Origin: Bacteroidales bacterium
GTDB taxonomy: Bacteria > Bacteroidota > Bacteroidia > Bacteroidales > JAUNSR01
Assembly (NCBI GenBank): GCA_051646395.1
Contig: JBOFCW010000295.1
Location: 1 to 36,582, forward strand
Length of the DNA: 36,582 bases
Reading direction: 5' to 3'
A model generated the notes under the pieces. The model saw nothing but the letters and a program-made list of their open reading frames with translations. It did not search any database and was not told where the DNA came from. The translations under genes were made by a program, and so were the position numbers. Positions 20,851-29,247 of this stretch are shown here, one piece after another (positions within the stretch are counted from its first letter, which is position 1; the number at the start of each line of letters is the position of its first letter).

Positions 20851-22410
20851 TTAATTTACGATCACCTCGATCGGCGAAAGCGTTCGTTCGACTCCATCCG
20901 GACCTACCGCACGCACGCGGGAGATATAAAAACGTTTGCCCCGGCTCAGACGACGAAGCGCATCTTTCTGACGTTGTGAGAAATTAGCACCTTCCGATAC
21001 TTCAGGAATAGCATTTCCCATCGAATCGAAAAACACGGTTTCGAAAGCCAATACCCGGAAATTCACGTTGAGCAGATCATCGTCAATGGCAGCATTGACT
21101 CCTCCTGCTTTCAACAAATAGGCTTTTGAAAAAGGAGCTCCTCCTTTGTATTTGCGAGCCGTACCTTTATCGTCGTTATAGCCGATATAAGGCATCGGAT
21201 CGGGTAGTTGGCGTATGCGGAAAGCCGTATTGGCGACAACCACCGAACGACCTTCGTTCTGGGCAGTAACGGTAATGACGGCCTCTTGACCCACCCTGGT
21301 CGGTTTGGCAACCCATCCGTTGCCCGAACGGGAAAGCACTCCGTTGCTCATGGTCGCGCTCATCTGATTGTTTGGAATGCCCGGCACAGAGATGCTCACC
21401 GGGTTGTCGATACCGGCATACATCACATTCATCATCGTATTCGATACCGTCGCCGTAGGTTCCTGAACGAGGTAAGAAGTTTCGAAAGGCAATTGTTCTT
21501 TCGTACCGTCGGCACGGGGCACTTCGATATATCCCGACACGCTCTGTGTTCCGACAGCACCAGCCACGGTTTCGTAATAACCATTGGATGCGACGTCGAG
21601 CTTTTTGCCACCGATAAAGATATCTGGAGTCTGAGTCGAGTCGATTGCGGCAAGTACGATCCGGGCACTGTATTTGGATCCGCGCATCACGTTGCGTGAT
21701 GAAGGAATTACAAAAGCGTTGATCCGGTTTACGCGCAAATCACCCTCATCGACACGCTGCTTGAGAGAGTTGAGCGTTTCTCCTTCCGCATTGCGGATAT
21801 CGCCCTGCAACTTGGTCAGAATTGTTACTGCCGCGGATACGGGAATATTCTCAAACATGGCCGATTGCCAGCTTTTACCGGCAGAAAGCGCATTGTCGTT
21901 GACATCGGTCGATAAATACCCATCGATAGCCGCGCGATCATTGGCCGGAATCAGTGCCAGGAGCGTTTCGCGGTAGGCACCGATCGCCTGGTAAAGGTTT
22001 TTGCCTTCTGCCTTTGCCGGCGAAAGCATAATGAAATTGGTCGCCTCCAGGTTATCCCGACGCCGGATATTATCGACATCGGCGTCTTTGCCATCGGCAT
22101 ATCGGACAATCTGTTGTTTCAGGTCGCTTATATAGTCGTATAAAGAGTCTGTTTTTGCTCGTACCACCTGGGCACCGGCATACCAAATGCGTGCTTTTTC
22201 GGGATTGCTTTCATGCAACTGTTTGAATTCATCAAACAGCTTTTCGTTGCGCGAGCGGGCTCCTTCATTGGATTTGGCCAGACTATCTTCCACCTGTTTG
22301 AATCCGTTGAGGACATCAGACGATACATTCATGGCGAGCATTGCCAAAAAGACAATGTACATCAGATTGATCATCTTTTGCCGCGGCGTAAGTTTACTGG
22401 ATGAAGCCAT
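20851..22410 (-). CDS. porM: T9SS motor/periplasmic shaft protein PorM/GldM
   Basis: 519 aa. The N-terminus KLTPRQKMINLMYIVFLAMLAMNVSSDVL is the canonical GldM N-terminal TM region. Position between porL and porN supports the call. Confidence 0.9.
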   Translation of the reverse strand: MASSSKLTPRQKMINLMYIVFLAMLAMNVSSDVLNGFKQVEDSLAKSNEGARSRNEKLFDEFKQLHESNPEKARIWYAGAQVVRAKTDSLYDYISDLKQQIVRYADGKDADVDNIRRRDNLEATNFIMLSPAKAEGKNLYQAIGAYRETLLALIPANDRAAIDGYLSTDVNDNALSAGKSWQSAMFENIPVSAAVTILTKLQGDIRNAEGETLNSLKQRVDEGDLRVNRINAFVIPSSRNVMRGSKYSARIVLAAIDSTQTPDIFIGGKKLDVASNGYYETVAGAVGTQSVSGYIEVPRADGTKEQLPFETSYLVQEPTATVSNTMMNVMYAGIDNPVSISVPGIPNNQMSATMSNGVLSRSGNGWVAKPTRVGQEAVITVTAQNEGRSVVVANTAFRIRQLPDPMPYIGYNDDKGTARKYKGGAPFSKAYLLKAGGVNAAIDDDLLNVNFRVLAFETVFFDSMGNAIPEVSEGANFSQRQKDALRRLSRGKRFYISRVRAVGPDGVERTLSPIEVIVN

Positions 22411-22444
22411 AGATTCGTTGTATTATTTTTTTCGGCACTTAAAA

Positions 22445-23329
22445 TCAGCGCACCGGATTCTGCATATTCATGTTTACGGTCATCGCCGTAAGCATACGTT
22501 CGTAAATTTTATTCAGCTGGGCCAGGTTATCAGTCATTTTTTCTGTTTCCTGACGGATTTTGAAACTGTCCATCGTCGAGTTGTCGTACATGTGACGGAT
22601 GTTGGCCAGTCCGCTGTTCACTTTGTCGATGGTATCCAATTGCGAGCTGACACTCTTAAGCTGGATTTCATAAATGGTATTCAGTCCGGTAATGTTTCGG
22701 TTCAAAGCCTCCATCTGATTGATATATCCGGAAGAGAACGACGAAAGGTTGTCCGAATTATCCGAAATGGTTGAATACGAATTGAGCAATGAGCCTGATG
22801 CCGAAGTCAAAGAAGCCGTAATCTCCTTGAGTCGCTCCATTTGTGCGGTCATCTCGGACATCTGCTGTACGTAAAGCTGTGTTGCATGAGCCAGTTCAGG
22901 AGCGGCATGTGGCATACCTCCCTGCGGAGCTACGTGGTGAACGTTTGCAACTGGTTGAGCTGAGGCAGCAGTTGCCGTAGCAGCTTGTGGCTGAATGGTA
23001 TTGAGACCTGACCCTGTATTCATATTCCGGGCCAGTTCCTGCAAATCGCCACCTTCAACATATTCGTCGGATGCCAGACTCGGAAAAACATTTTCCCAAT
23101 GGTAGTTCTTTGCCGGTTTATCGAATGCCGACAATCCGAAAATCAACGCTTCCGTGCCCATTCCGACACACAACATGACATCAGCCATCGGTAGATGAAG
23201 TAGTTTGAAGAGCGCTCCGAGAATTACGATAGCCGCCCCGAAACTATAGGCAAAATTGAATAGACGTTGTCCCTGTTCGCTGGAAAAGAATTTCTCCAGT
23301 CTGTTTTTAAAACCCTTATACTTTCCCAT
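22445..23329 (-). CDS. porL: T9SS motor protein PorL/GldL
   Basis: The start is taken at ATG 23329 (MGKYKGFKNRLEKFF..). There are two N-terminal TM helices, and the second carries the conserved GTEALIF glutamate. The cytoplasmic C-terminal region is coiled-coil-like. The ORF-track start at 23404 would overlap porK. Confidence 0.88.
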   Translation of the reverse strand: MGKYKGFKNRLEKFFSSEQGQRLFNFAYSFGAAIVILGALFKLLHLPMADVMLCVGMGTEALIFGLSAFDKPAKNYHWENVFPSLASDEYVEGGDLQELARNMNTGSGLNTIQPQAATATAASAQPVANVHHVAPQGGMPHAAPELAHATQLYVQQMSEMTAQMERLKEITASLTSASGSLLNSYSTISDNSDNLSSFSSGYINQMEALNRNITGLNTIYEIQLKSVSSQLDTIDKVNSGLANIRHMYDNSTMDSFKIRQETEKMTDNLAQLNKIYERMLTAMTVNMNMQNPVR

Positions 23330-23337
23330 AACGTAGA

Positions 23338-24783
23338 TTATTTTCGTTGTACAGACCGTGTGTTTGTTGTTCCACGGCCGAATCCCATGTGTGAACGGAC
23401 GCAACGGAATCCGACGAAAGAACGTTGCTCATTTTGAAATTCCCAGCTACGCACGTCGGAGCGTACGAAATGCTGCACATCTTTCCACGATCCGCCACGC
23501 GTCACTTTCCGCTTCATGACATAGGGGTCTTCCTTTGCCGCATCGTAACGGTATTCAGGATTCACGTCCGACATGATTTGATTTCCTGCTTCCGACCAGG
23601 CGGTAGAAGTCCACTCCGACACATTCCCCGCCATATCGAATAGCCCGAAATCATTGGCATTGTAGGCTCCGGTAGGGGCGGTGATCAGGAATCCGTCTTT
23701 TGCATAATGGCCCTCTTCCGGTTTGAAGTTTCCGGAGAAGCATCCTTTTTCGGTACGGGCGAGAACCCCTTCCCACGGGAACCTGTTCTCGGATTTACCG
23801 GCTCGGGCTGCGTATTCCCATTCAGCCTCTGTAGGCAAACGGAACGGCTCGATATGCGCTCCTCCACGGATACCGTAGGAACGACGCAGGTAATCTGTAC
23901 GCCAGATACAAAAAGAGTTGGCTTGTTCCCACGAGACCCCTACAACGGGAAAATCATCGTATCCCGAATGAGAGAAATACAAGCGGGCATATTGCTCATT
24001 GTATGAATTTGGGAAATCATTGATCCAAACGGTCGTATCAGGATAGATGTTGATGATGCGCGTGTGCAGGAAGTCGTGAGCTCCCTCCAGCGGCCGGACA
24101 ATCGTGGCATTGACGATCTTTCCGTCTTCATCGATAAATGCGGTATCTTTTGAAACAAGGATCTCTTCGTTGGGATCTACAATCACATCGGTATTGAGAA
24201 TACGCCGGGAAGCATCCAACCGGTGCTTACGTTGAGCGAATCCGGTATAATCGAATACTTCGAAACGGTAATTCATCTGGCCGGCATCCAGCATCAGCTT
24301 GCCCGTAATCGGATCACGCATATACACGCTCATGATGGCACGTTCTTCGTCTTCAGACGGTTTGCGCCATGGAATCGGCTTGTTCCAGTTCAAATGTGGT
24401 TTGACAGGCTCTCCGTAACGGTCTTCCTCGATCTTAAATGCCTCATTGCCTCCGTAAGCCGGATCTGCCAGGCGCTCCCGGATAATCGAGTCGCGTACCC
24501 AGTGTACGAACTGACGGTATTTCGCATTCGAAACCTCTTTTTCATCCATCCAGAAGGCATCTACCGACACCCCTTTTGCTGGCTGAAGGTTTCCCCATAG
24601 CGAATCATTCTCATTCGATCCCATCTCTATGCCGCCTCGCTTAACCAGCACCATCCCGTATGGGGCAGGCTCGCTCCAGGCACGGCCTCGCACGCCTGTC
24701 AGCTCGCCACCCGACCCGCCAACGGGTCCGGCACAGGCTCCGAACAAGATCAATGCGATCATTATAAAAAAGATATTCTTCAT
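23338..24783 (-). CDS. porK: T9SS outer-membrane-associated ring lipoprotein PorK/GldK (FGE-sulfatase/SUMF1 fold)
   Basis: 481 aa. The lipoprotein signal is MKNIFFIMIALILFGAC. SUMF1-type motifs include ..DEKEVSNAKYRQFV.., PVVGVSWEQANSFC, EAEWEYAAR, FGLFDMAGNVSEW and RGGSWKD. Confidence 0.9.
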   Translation of the reverse strand: MKNIFFIMIALILFGACAGPVGGSGGELTGVRGRAWSEPAPYGMVLVKRGGIEMGSNENDSLWGNLQPAKGVSVDAFWMDEKEVSNAKYRQFVHWVRDSIIRERLADPAYGGNEAFKIEEDRYGEPVKPHLNWNKPIPWRKPSEDEERAIMSVYMRDPITGKLMLDAGQMNYRFEVFDYTGFAQRKHRLDASRRILNTDVIVDPNEEILVSKDTAFIDEDGKIVNATIVRPLEGAHDFLHTRIINIYPDTTVWINDFPNSYNEQYARLYFSHSGYDDFPVVGVSWEQANSFCIWRTDYLRRSYGIRGGAHIEPFRLPTEAEWEYAARAGKSENRFPWEGVLARTEKGCFSGNFKPEEGHYAKDGFLITAPTGAYNANDFGLFDMAGNVSEWTSTAWSEAGNQIMSDVNPEYRYDAAKEDPYVMKRKVTRGGSWKDVQHFVRSDVRSWEFQNEQRSFVGFRCVRSHMGFGRGTTNTRSVQRK

Positions 24784-24788
24784 AGAAC

Positions 24789-25733
24789 TTATAATATACG
24801 TATGCTTTTGTGTTTATTCTTTGACTTCGGCGAAAAATCGATCTTTAGCGCGTATGCTGCAAAGATCTCATGACTACCGTTGCTGGCCTTTGCGATGGGC
24901 GACGTACCGATATCATAAGCGTATCCGAAACGGATTCCCTTGATCTCTGCCCCGGCCATCAGGACCACTGCGTCATTCCATCGGTAGGAGATGCCTCCCC
25001 AAAACATTTTATTGTACATCAGACGCATCGTCATATCGAATTGCGTATTCTGAAACGTGCTCTTCACCAGCACCGAAGGATGTAATTCATATAACGGATT
25101 GCGCAATGGAATATTGCCTCCCGCTGTGAAATAATAAACCCTTTTGAGCTGAATGAAACTTTTCTCATCCAGTTCAAGTTCCGACTGCGTCAGATGGCTA
25201 GCGGAGAGTCCGGCGTAAAAACGCGGATGGTAGTAAAATGCCCCGACTCCGGCATCGAATCCCATCGCCGAAACATTGGTGGTGGGGATATCGCCGGAAG
25301 ATCCCACATGCTCGGGTGAATCCGGAATATCCACTTTCGTTCCGTCAAAACTCTGGGATGTAAAACCTACTCGCAAACCCAACGACAACTCGCCTTGCCA
25401 CAATTTCAGGCGGAAGGCGTACTGCAGCGCAAAATCGGTATTGGCAAATAACCCGGCCCGGTCGCTAACCACGATAATGCCTGCCGAATGTTTCTTTTTC
25501 ATCAATTTAAATGGTGTTTCGGCCGTAACGAAAAAGGTTTTGGGCGCATTGGGAATACCGGTCCACTGCATCCGGTCGAGAGCAGAAACCGTCAACCTGT
25601 CATTCAGCGACAAAGCCGCCGGATTGATATATCCGGGCAATGCCCAATATTGGCTGATCTGAGCCTCTTGCTGTGCCACGACAGAATTCAGCGCCAATAA
25701 GAAGAAAATGAAACAGATATAACGGTTACGCAT
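24789..25733 (-). CDS. porP: T9SS membrane protein PorP/SprF family
   Basis: 314 aa with a signal peptide (..LALNSVVAQQ). The N-terminal SQYWALPGYINPA motif is typical of PorP/SprF. The composition is beta-barrel-like. It lies 5 nt upstream of porK, as in the Porphyromonas-type porPKLMN arrangement. Confidence 0.85.
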   Translation of the reverse strand: MRNRYICFIFFLLALNSVVAQQEAQISQYWALPGYINPAALSLNDRLTVSALDRMQWTGIPNAPKTFFVTAETPFKLMKKKHSAGIIVVSDRAGLFANTDFALQYAFRLKLWQGELSLGLRVGFTSQSFDGTKVDIPDSPEHVGSSGDIPTTNVSAMGFDAGVGAFYYHPRFYAGLSASHLTQSELELDEKSFIQLKRVYYFTAGGNIPLRNPLYELHPSVLVKSTFQNTQFDMTMRLMYNKMFWGGISYRWNDAVVLMAGAEIKGIRFGYAYDIGTSPIAKASNGSHEIFAAYALKIDFSPKSKNKHKSIRIL

Positions 25734-25841
25734 GTATTTTTAGAATGGTTTCCTAATTAAACTCCAAAATAAGCTATAAATTGTATTTTGTGCAAAATTT
25801 AAGGGATCAAGATAGGTGAAAATCAGCGATTTTGCGAACAC

Positions 25842-25875
25842 AAAAAAAGCCACCTTTTGCAAGATGGCTTTTTTG
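25842..25875. terminator. Bidirectional hairpin terminator downstream of the DUF2795 gene
   Basis: AAAAAAAGCCACCTT-TTGC-AAGATGGCTTTTTT forms a 7-bp stem with one internal mismatch. It is flanked by an A7 run and a T6 run. Confidence 0.7.
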
Positions 25876-25905
25876 TAATTATCAGTTGATTGAAATCAGT
25901 CTGTT

Positions 25906-26127
25906 TTAATATTCTTCTTCATTAAAGAAAAAATCTTCTTTACTTGGATAATCAGGCCAGATATCTTCGATGCTTTCGTAGATTTCACCTTCATCTTCCA
26001 TTTCCTGTAGGTTTTCAATTACCTCCAACGGAGCACCTGAACGCATAGCGTAGTCAATAAGCTCATCTTTTGTTGCAGGCCAAGGGGCATCTTCCAGTTT
26101 AGATGCAAGTTCAAGAGTCCAGTACAT
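25906..26127 (-). CDS. Small acidic DUF2795-like protein
   Basis: 73-aa ATG ORF. ..APWPATKDELIDYAMRSGAPLEVIENL.. matches my recollection of the DUF2795 motif. It has an acidic C-terminus, its own terminator and clean flanks. Confidence 0.6.
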   Translation of the reverse strand: MYWTLELASKLEDAPWPATKDELIDYAMRSGAPLEVIENLQEMEDEGEIYESIEDIWPDYPSKEDFFFNEEEY

Positions 26128-26183
26128 AGGTTCTTATATTATTTAGATTTATCAATTTTTCCGCAAAAATAAAACTATTTCGT

Positions 26184-26747
26184 TCACTTGCAACCTTTAT
26201 CCCAAAAAACTTCGGCAAAACCTTCGCTGATATTACATGCTCTCGAAAGGACAAACAAGTAATCGGACAAGCGGTTCATAAAGCGCAGTATTTTGTCGTC
26301 TACTTCATATTCGGTCGAAACCCGTAGTATCGCCCGTTCTGCACGCCGGCAAACGGTTCGGCACACATGAGCCTGTGAGGCACAGATAGTACCGCCGGGT
26401 AGTACGAAGTTATTCAGTCTTGGCAACGCCGCATCAAGCTCGTCGATACGTTTTTCCAAAACAGCCACTGCATCTTCGGATAAAAGACTTTCTGCGCGGA
26501 AAGAAGTGAAGGACGGATCGGTAGCCAGGTAGGAGCCGATCGTAAAAAGCTTGTTCTGAATATAGAACAACAACGATTTATCTTCCGAACCGGACATATA
26601 TGCGGCCAACAGTCCCAGACAGGCGCTTAATTCGTCGACCGTACCATACGCTTCGAGACGAATATCCGTTTTTTCCACGCGTTCGCCTCCTACCAGCGAG
26701 GTGGTTCCTTTATCTCCCGTACGGGTATAGATCATACTTTTTTTCAT
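26184..26747 (-). CDS. ATP:cob(I)alamin adenosyltransferase, PduO type
   Basis: 187 aa. The N-terminal IYTRTGDKGTTSL motif is present, along with ..DELSACLGL.., LPGG and ..RTVCRRAER.., all typical of PduO/MMAB-type adenosyltransferases. Confidence 0.88.
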   Translation of the reverse strand: MKKSMIYTRTGDKGTTSLVGGERVEKTDIRLEAYGTVDELSACLGLLAAYMSGSEDKSLLFYIQNKLFTIGSYLATDPSFTSFRAESLLSEDAVAVLEKRIDELDAALPRLNNFVLPGGTICASQAHVCRTVCRRAERAILRVSTEYEVDDKILRFMNRLSDYLFVLSRACNISEGFAEVFWDKGCK

Positions 26748-26816
26748 AACTGTAATATTTTAAGGTTGATGCCGAACGATCATTTGCCGAACGACACAGA
26801 ATAAGCCGGGAGAATA

Positions 26817-27548
26817 TCAGAATGAAACGATGTAATGTTGCTTGAAAAGCGAATCGTGATAAATCGCAATTCCTGCCTCATACAGGTCCATCGATACGCG
26901 TACGTTTGGGTCGTAATGGAAAAGATTCCAAAGGCGTTTCACCTGATCGGTGCGTTTGATCCCTTCAATAATGACAACAGTACGGGCATGAATATGTTTA
27001 AGAAGCGACTCATAAAGCTGCTCCGGTTGTTTGATTGAGGATTCGTGGATGAAAATGAAATCGGCACGGTAATCCGGGCCGAGCTGATCGATTCCGGATT
27101 CAACATCTGCTTGCAGAAAGCGATAATTGTGAGGACGCTCCTGATCAAACAGACGTTGGGCAATAGCCAACTTTTGTTTGTCGTCGCCAACAGACGTTAC
27201 TTCGGCACGTGTATTTGGCAAACCCATCACATAGCTAACCAATCCTCCCTGATTCCCTACTTCCAAAATCGTTTTGGGTCCAAAACGGTTAATCAACCGG
27301 TAAAGCAGAAAAAGCACTTTAACGGAAGTCATCCGGCGTGAAACAAATTTTGGCAGAATTGCCGTCAGAGGCGAATATTTCTTTTTCAGCTTCAGAATCT
27401 CTTCATAGGCATAAAAGGGAGCACTTTCGTCGATTACCTGCGTAATCAGAGAAAAAGCGAAAGGCGAATGGACCCCGAAACCCTTACGATAACGTACTTT
27501 CCTCAATCCTTTCGTGAGATATTTCTTTATCTTCTTCTTTGGTTTCAT
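26817..27548 (-). CDS. Putative class I SAM-dependent methyltransferase
   Basis: 243 aa. There is a motif-I-like ILEVGNQGGLVSYVMG and a later acidic DFIFIHES. The basic N-terminus carries GFGVHSPFAF. The assignment is weaker than for the other genes. Confidence 0.45.
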   Translation of the reverse strand: MKPKKKIKKYLTKGLRKVRYRKGFGVHSPFAFSLITQVIDESAPFYAYEEILKLKKKYSPLTAILPKFVSRRMTSVKVLFLLYRLINRFGPKTILEVGNQGGLVSYVMGLPNTRAEVTSVGDDKQKLAIAQRLFDQERPHNYRFLQADVESGIDQLGPDYRADFIFIHESSIKQPEQLYESLLKHIHARTVVIIEGIKRTDQVKRLWNLFHYDPNVRVSMDLYEAGIAIYHDSLFKQHYIVSF

Positions 27549-27711
27549 GCATCTTGAATTGTAGAGAGGAGATAATCCATCCCTGTATTTACTGATCGGA
27601 CGAATTTCATTCGTGCCATTTTCAGGACATATAAAGTTACTAAAAACAGCTGTTTCTTAGATCATGTCCCTGTCTATATTTATAACGACGGGATTTGGCC
27701 GGGATAACAAG

Positions 27712-27749
27712 AAAAAAGCGAAGAAAGTTTTACAACTTTCTCCGCTTTT
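27712..27749 (-). terminator. Rho-independent terminator of tRNA-Leu
   Basis: The minus-strand RNA reads GCGGAGAAAGUU-GUAA-AACUUUCUUCGC followed by UUUUUU. The stem is 12 bp including one G-U pair, which exists only in the minus-strand transcript. Confidence 0.75.
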
Positions 27750-27750
27750 G

Positions 27751-27834
27751 TACCCAGAGCCGGGATCGAACCGGCATGGAAGTGAATCCACTGGTGTTTG
27801 AGACCAGCGCGTCTACCGATTCCGCCATCTGGGC
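27751..27834 (-). tRNA. tRNA-Leu (anticodon CAA), class II with long variable arm
   Basis: Folded by hand from GCCCAGA-TG-GCG..CGC-G-CTGGT-CTCAAAC-ACCAG. The variable arm is TGGA-TTCACT-TCCA and the T arm is GCCGG-TTCGATC-CCGGC. The acceptor 3' strand is TCTGGGT, the discriminator is A, and CCA is not encoded. Confidence 0.9.
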
Positions 27835-27851
27835 TTCTCATTAAGACTCTG

Positions 27852-27882
27852 CAAAGGTAGGTATTATTTTCATATCTGCAAT
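27852..27882 (-). promoter_or_regulatory. Bacteroidota sigma-A-type promoter for tRNA-Leu
   Basis: The minus strand has TACCTTTG (27859-27852), which matches the TAnnTTTG -7 consensus 17 nt upstream of the mature tRNA 5' end. ATTG (27882-27879) lies 19 nt further upstream and is a -33 TTTG-like element. Confidence 0.55.
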
Positions 27883-28074
27883 AGTTGAAGTGTTTTTTTT
27901 CAAAAAAAATTACGCAACAGGTTTTATCCATATTTATTTCCTACTTTAGCTAAACCATATTTTATGGGGAAAACTTATGACAAATCCGCACAATATACCT
28001 GAGGATGAGATACCAGACAAAAGTATATGAATGGCGCATTTGTTCTTTCGTATTGAAAATTTAATTATATACAA

Positions 28075-29151
28075 ATGAACAGTAACTATTGTGTAATAAT
28101 GGGCGGCGGCGTCGGAAGTCGATTCTGGCCTTTCAGTCGCACGTCGAAGCCAAAACAGTTTCTCGACTTTTTTGGAACGGGGTATTCGTTATTGCAGATG
28201 ACCTTTAATCGCTTTAATGAAATTATTCCTACAGAAAATATATTCATCGTTACCAATGAAACATATTTCGATTTAGTAAAACAACAATTGCCGCAATTAC
28301 GCGACGATCAGATCCTATTGGAACCTCAACGACGAAATACGGCTCCTTGCATCGCATGGGCTTCATATCACATCCGGGCTATCGATCCGAACGCAAATAT
28401 CGTCGTAGCTCCGTCGGATCATCTGATCATGAATGAACGCGAATTTCAGCATACGATCAACAAGGCTCTCGGATTTGCAGAAACGCATCCGGTATTGCTG
28501 ACATTAGGCATTAAACCCAATCGTCCGGAAACCGGATACGGTTATATCCAGACAGATGTGGAAGAAGTAGATGGATTCGTACGCGTAAAAACATTCACCG
28601 AAAAACCAAATGCAGAACTGGCTCAGGTTTTCCTTGAAAGCGGCGAGTTCTTATGGAACTCCGGCATCTTTATCTGGAATGTAAAAACGATACTTGAAGC
28701 TTTCAGCAACTACCTGCCTGACATTGCGTCTAAATTCGATAGCGCCTCGCAGGTTTTCAATACTCCGGAAGAAAAATCGTTTATCGAGGCGAATTTCCCT
28801 GCATGTCCGAACATCTCGATCGACTTCGGCATCATGGAGAAAGCATCCAACGTATTCGTTCTCTCTTCGGATTTCGGCTGGTCGGATCTGGGTACCTGGG
28901 GTTCGCTATATGACCTTTCAGAAAAAGACGAAAACCAGAACGTCAACCTGAAGTCGCAGACATTAGCCTACGAAAGTAAAAACAACATCATCTCTCTTTC
29001 GACAGAACACCTTGTCGTAGTACAGGGTCTTGAAGATTATATCATCGCAGAAGACAACAACGTGTTGCTTATTTGCAAGAAAGAAGAGGAGCAGCGAATC
29101 CGACAGTTTGTTACTGACGCTAAAGTAAAATTCGGAGACAAATACATTTAA
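28075..29151 (+). CDS. Mannose-1-phosphate guanylyltransferase-like nucleotidyltransferase (no C-terminal PMI/cupin domain)
   Basis: 358 aa. The N-terminal VIMGGGVGSRFWPFSR matches the NTP_transferase G-rich loop. Also present are RRNTAPCIAWA, VAPSDHLI, YGYIQ and the GMP-type block FTEKP..A..F..SGEFLWNSGIFIW. Confidence 0.85.
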   Translation: MNSNYCVIMGGGVGSRFWPFSRTSKPKQFLDFFGTGYSLLQMTFNRFNEIIPTENIFIVTNETYFDLVKQQLPQLRDDQILLEPQRRNTAPCIAWASYHIRAIDPNANIVVAPSDHLIMNEREFQHTINKALGFAETHPVLLTLGIKPNRPETGYGYIQTDVEEVDGFVRVKTFTEKPNAELAQVFLESGEFLWNSGIFIWNVKTILEAFSNYLPDIASKFDSASQVFNTPEEKSFIEANFPACPNISIDFGIMEKASNVFVLSSDFGWSDLGTWGSLYDLSEKDENQNVNLKSQTLAYESKNNIISLSTEHLVVVQGLEDYIIAEDNNVLLICKKEEEQRIRQFVTDAKVKFGDKYI

Positions 29152-29163
29152 ATATCCGATACG

Positions 29164-29217
29164 AACCAAATAAGCCGTTGAACTTATCATCCGATAACTC
29201 CAACGGCTTATTTGGTT
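29164..29217 (+). terminator. 17-bp perfect hairpin downstream of the guanylyltransferase gene
   Basis: AACCAAATAAGCCGTTG (29164-29180) pairs with CAACGGCTTATTTGGTT (29201-29217) around a 20-nt loop. A T-rich tail follows. Confidence 0.6.
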
Positions 29218-29247
29218 TATAATCTGACTAATAAACAGGCCTGACAC

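Noticed and set aside
25734-25841. Promoter of the T9SS operon
   Set aside because: I found only near-matches to TAnnTTTG with wrong spacing (TAAATTTTG and TATTTTGG on the minus strand), which is not enough to annotate a promoter.
27549-27710. Possible cobalamin riboswitch upstream of the methyltransferase / PduO adenosyltransferase gene pair, including the 12-bp palindrome AAACAGCTGTTT (27644-27655) nested in GGACAT..ATGTCC (27625-27669)
   Set aside because: No B12-box-like sequence or other riboswitch core is visible on the coding strand. PduO-type enzymes are not typically riboswitch-controlled. The palindromes may be an operator or a weak terminator, but I cannot support any specific call.
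27893-27909. T8-C-A8 perfect palindrome upstream of the tRNA promoter
   Set aside because: This is a pure A/T homopolymer pairing of low stability. It is most simply an AT-rich spacer or UP-like tract between divergent promoters, and nothing else supports a specific element.
27680-27931. 83-aa minus-strand ORF
   Set aside because: It spans the tRNA-Leu gene, its terminator and its promoter. The open frame is a by-product of the tRNA sequence.
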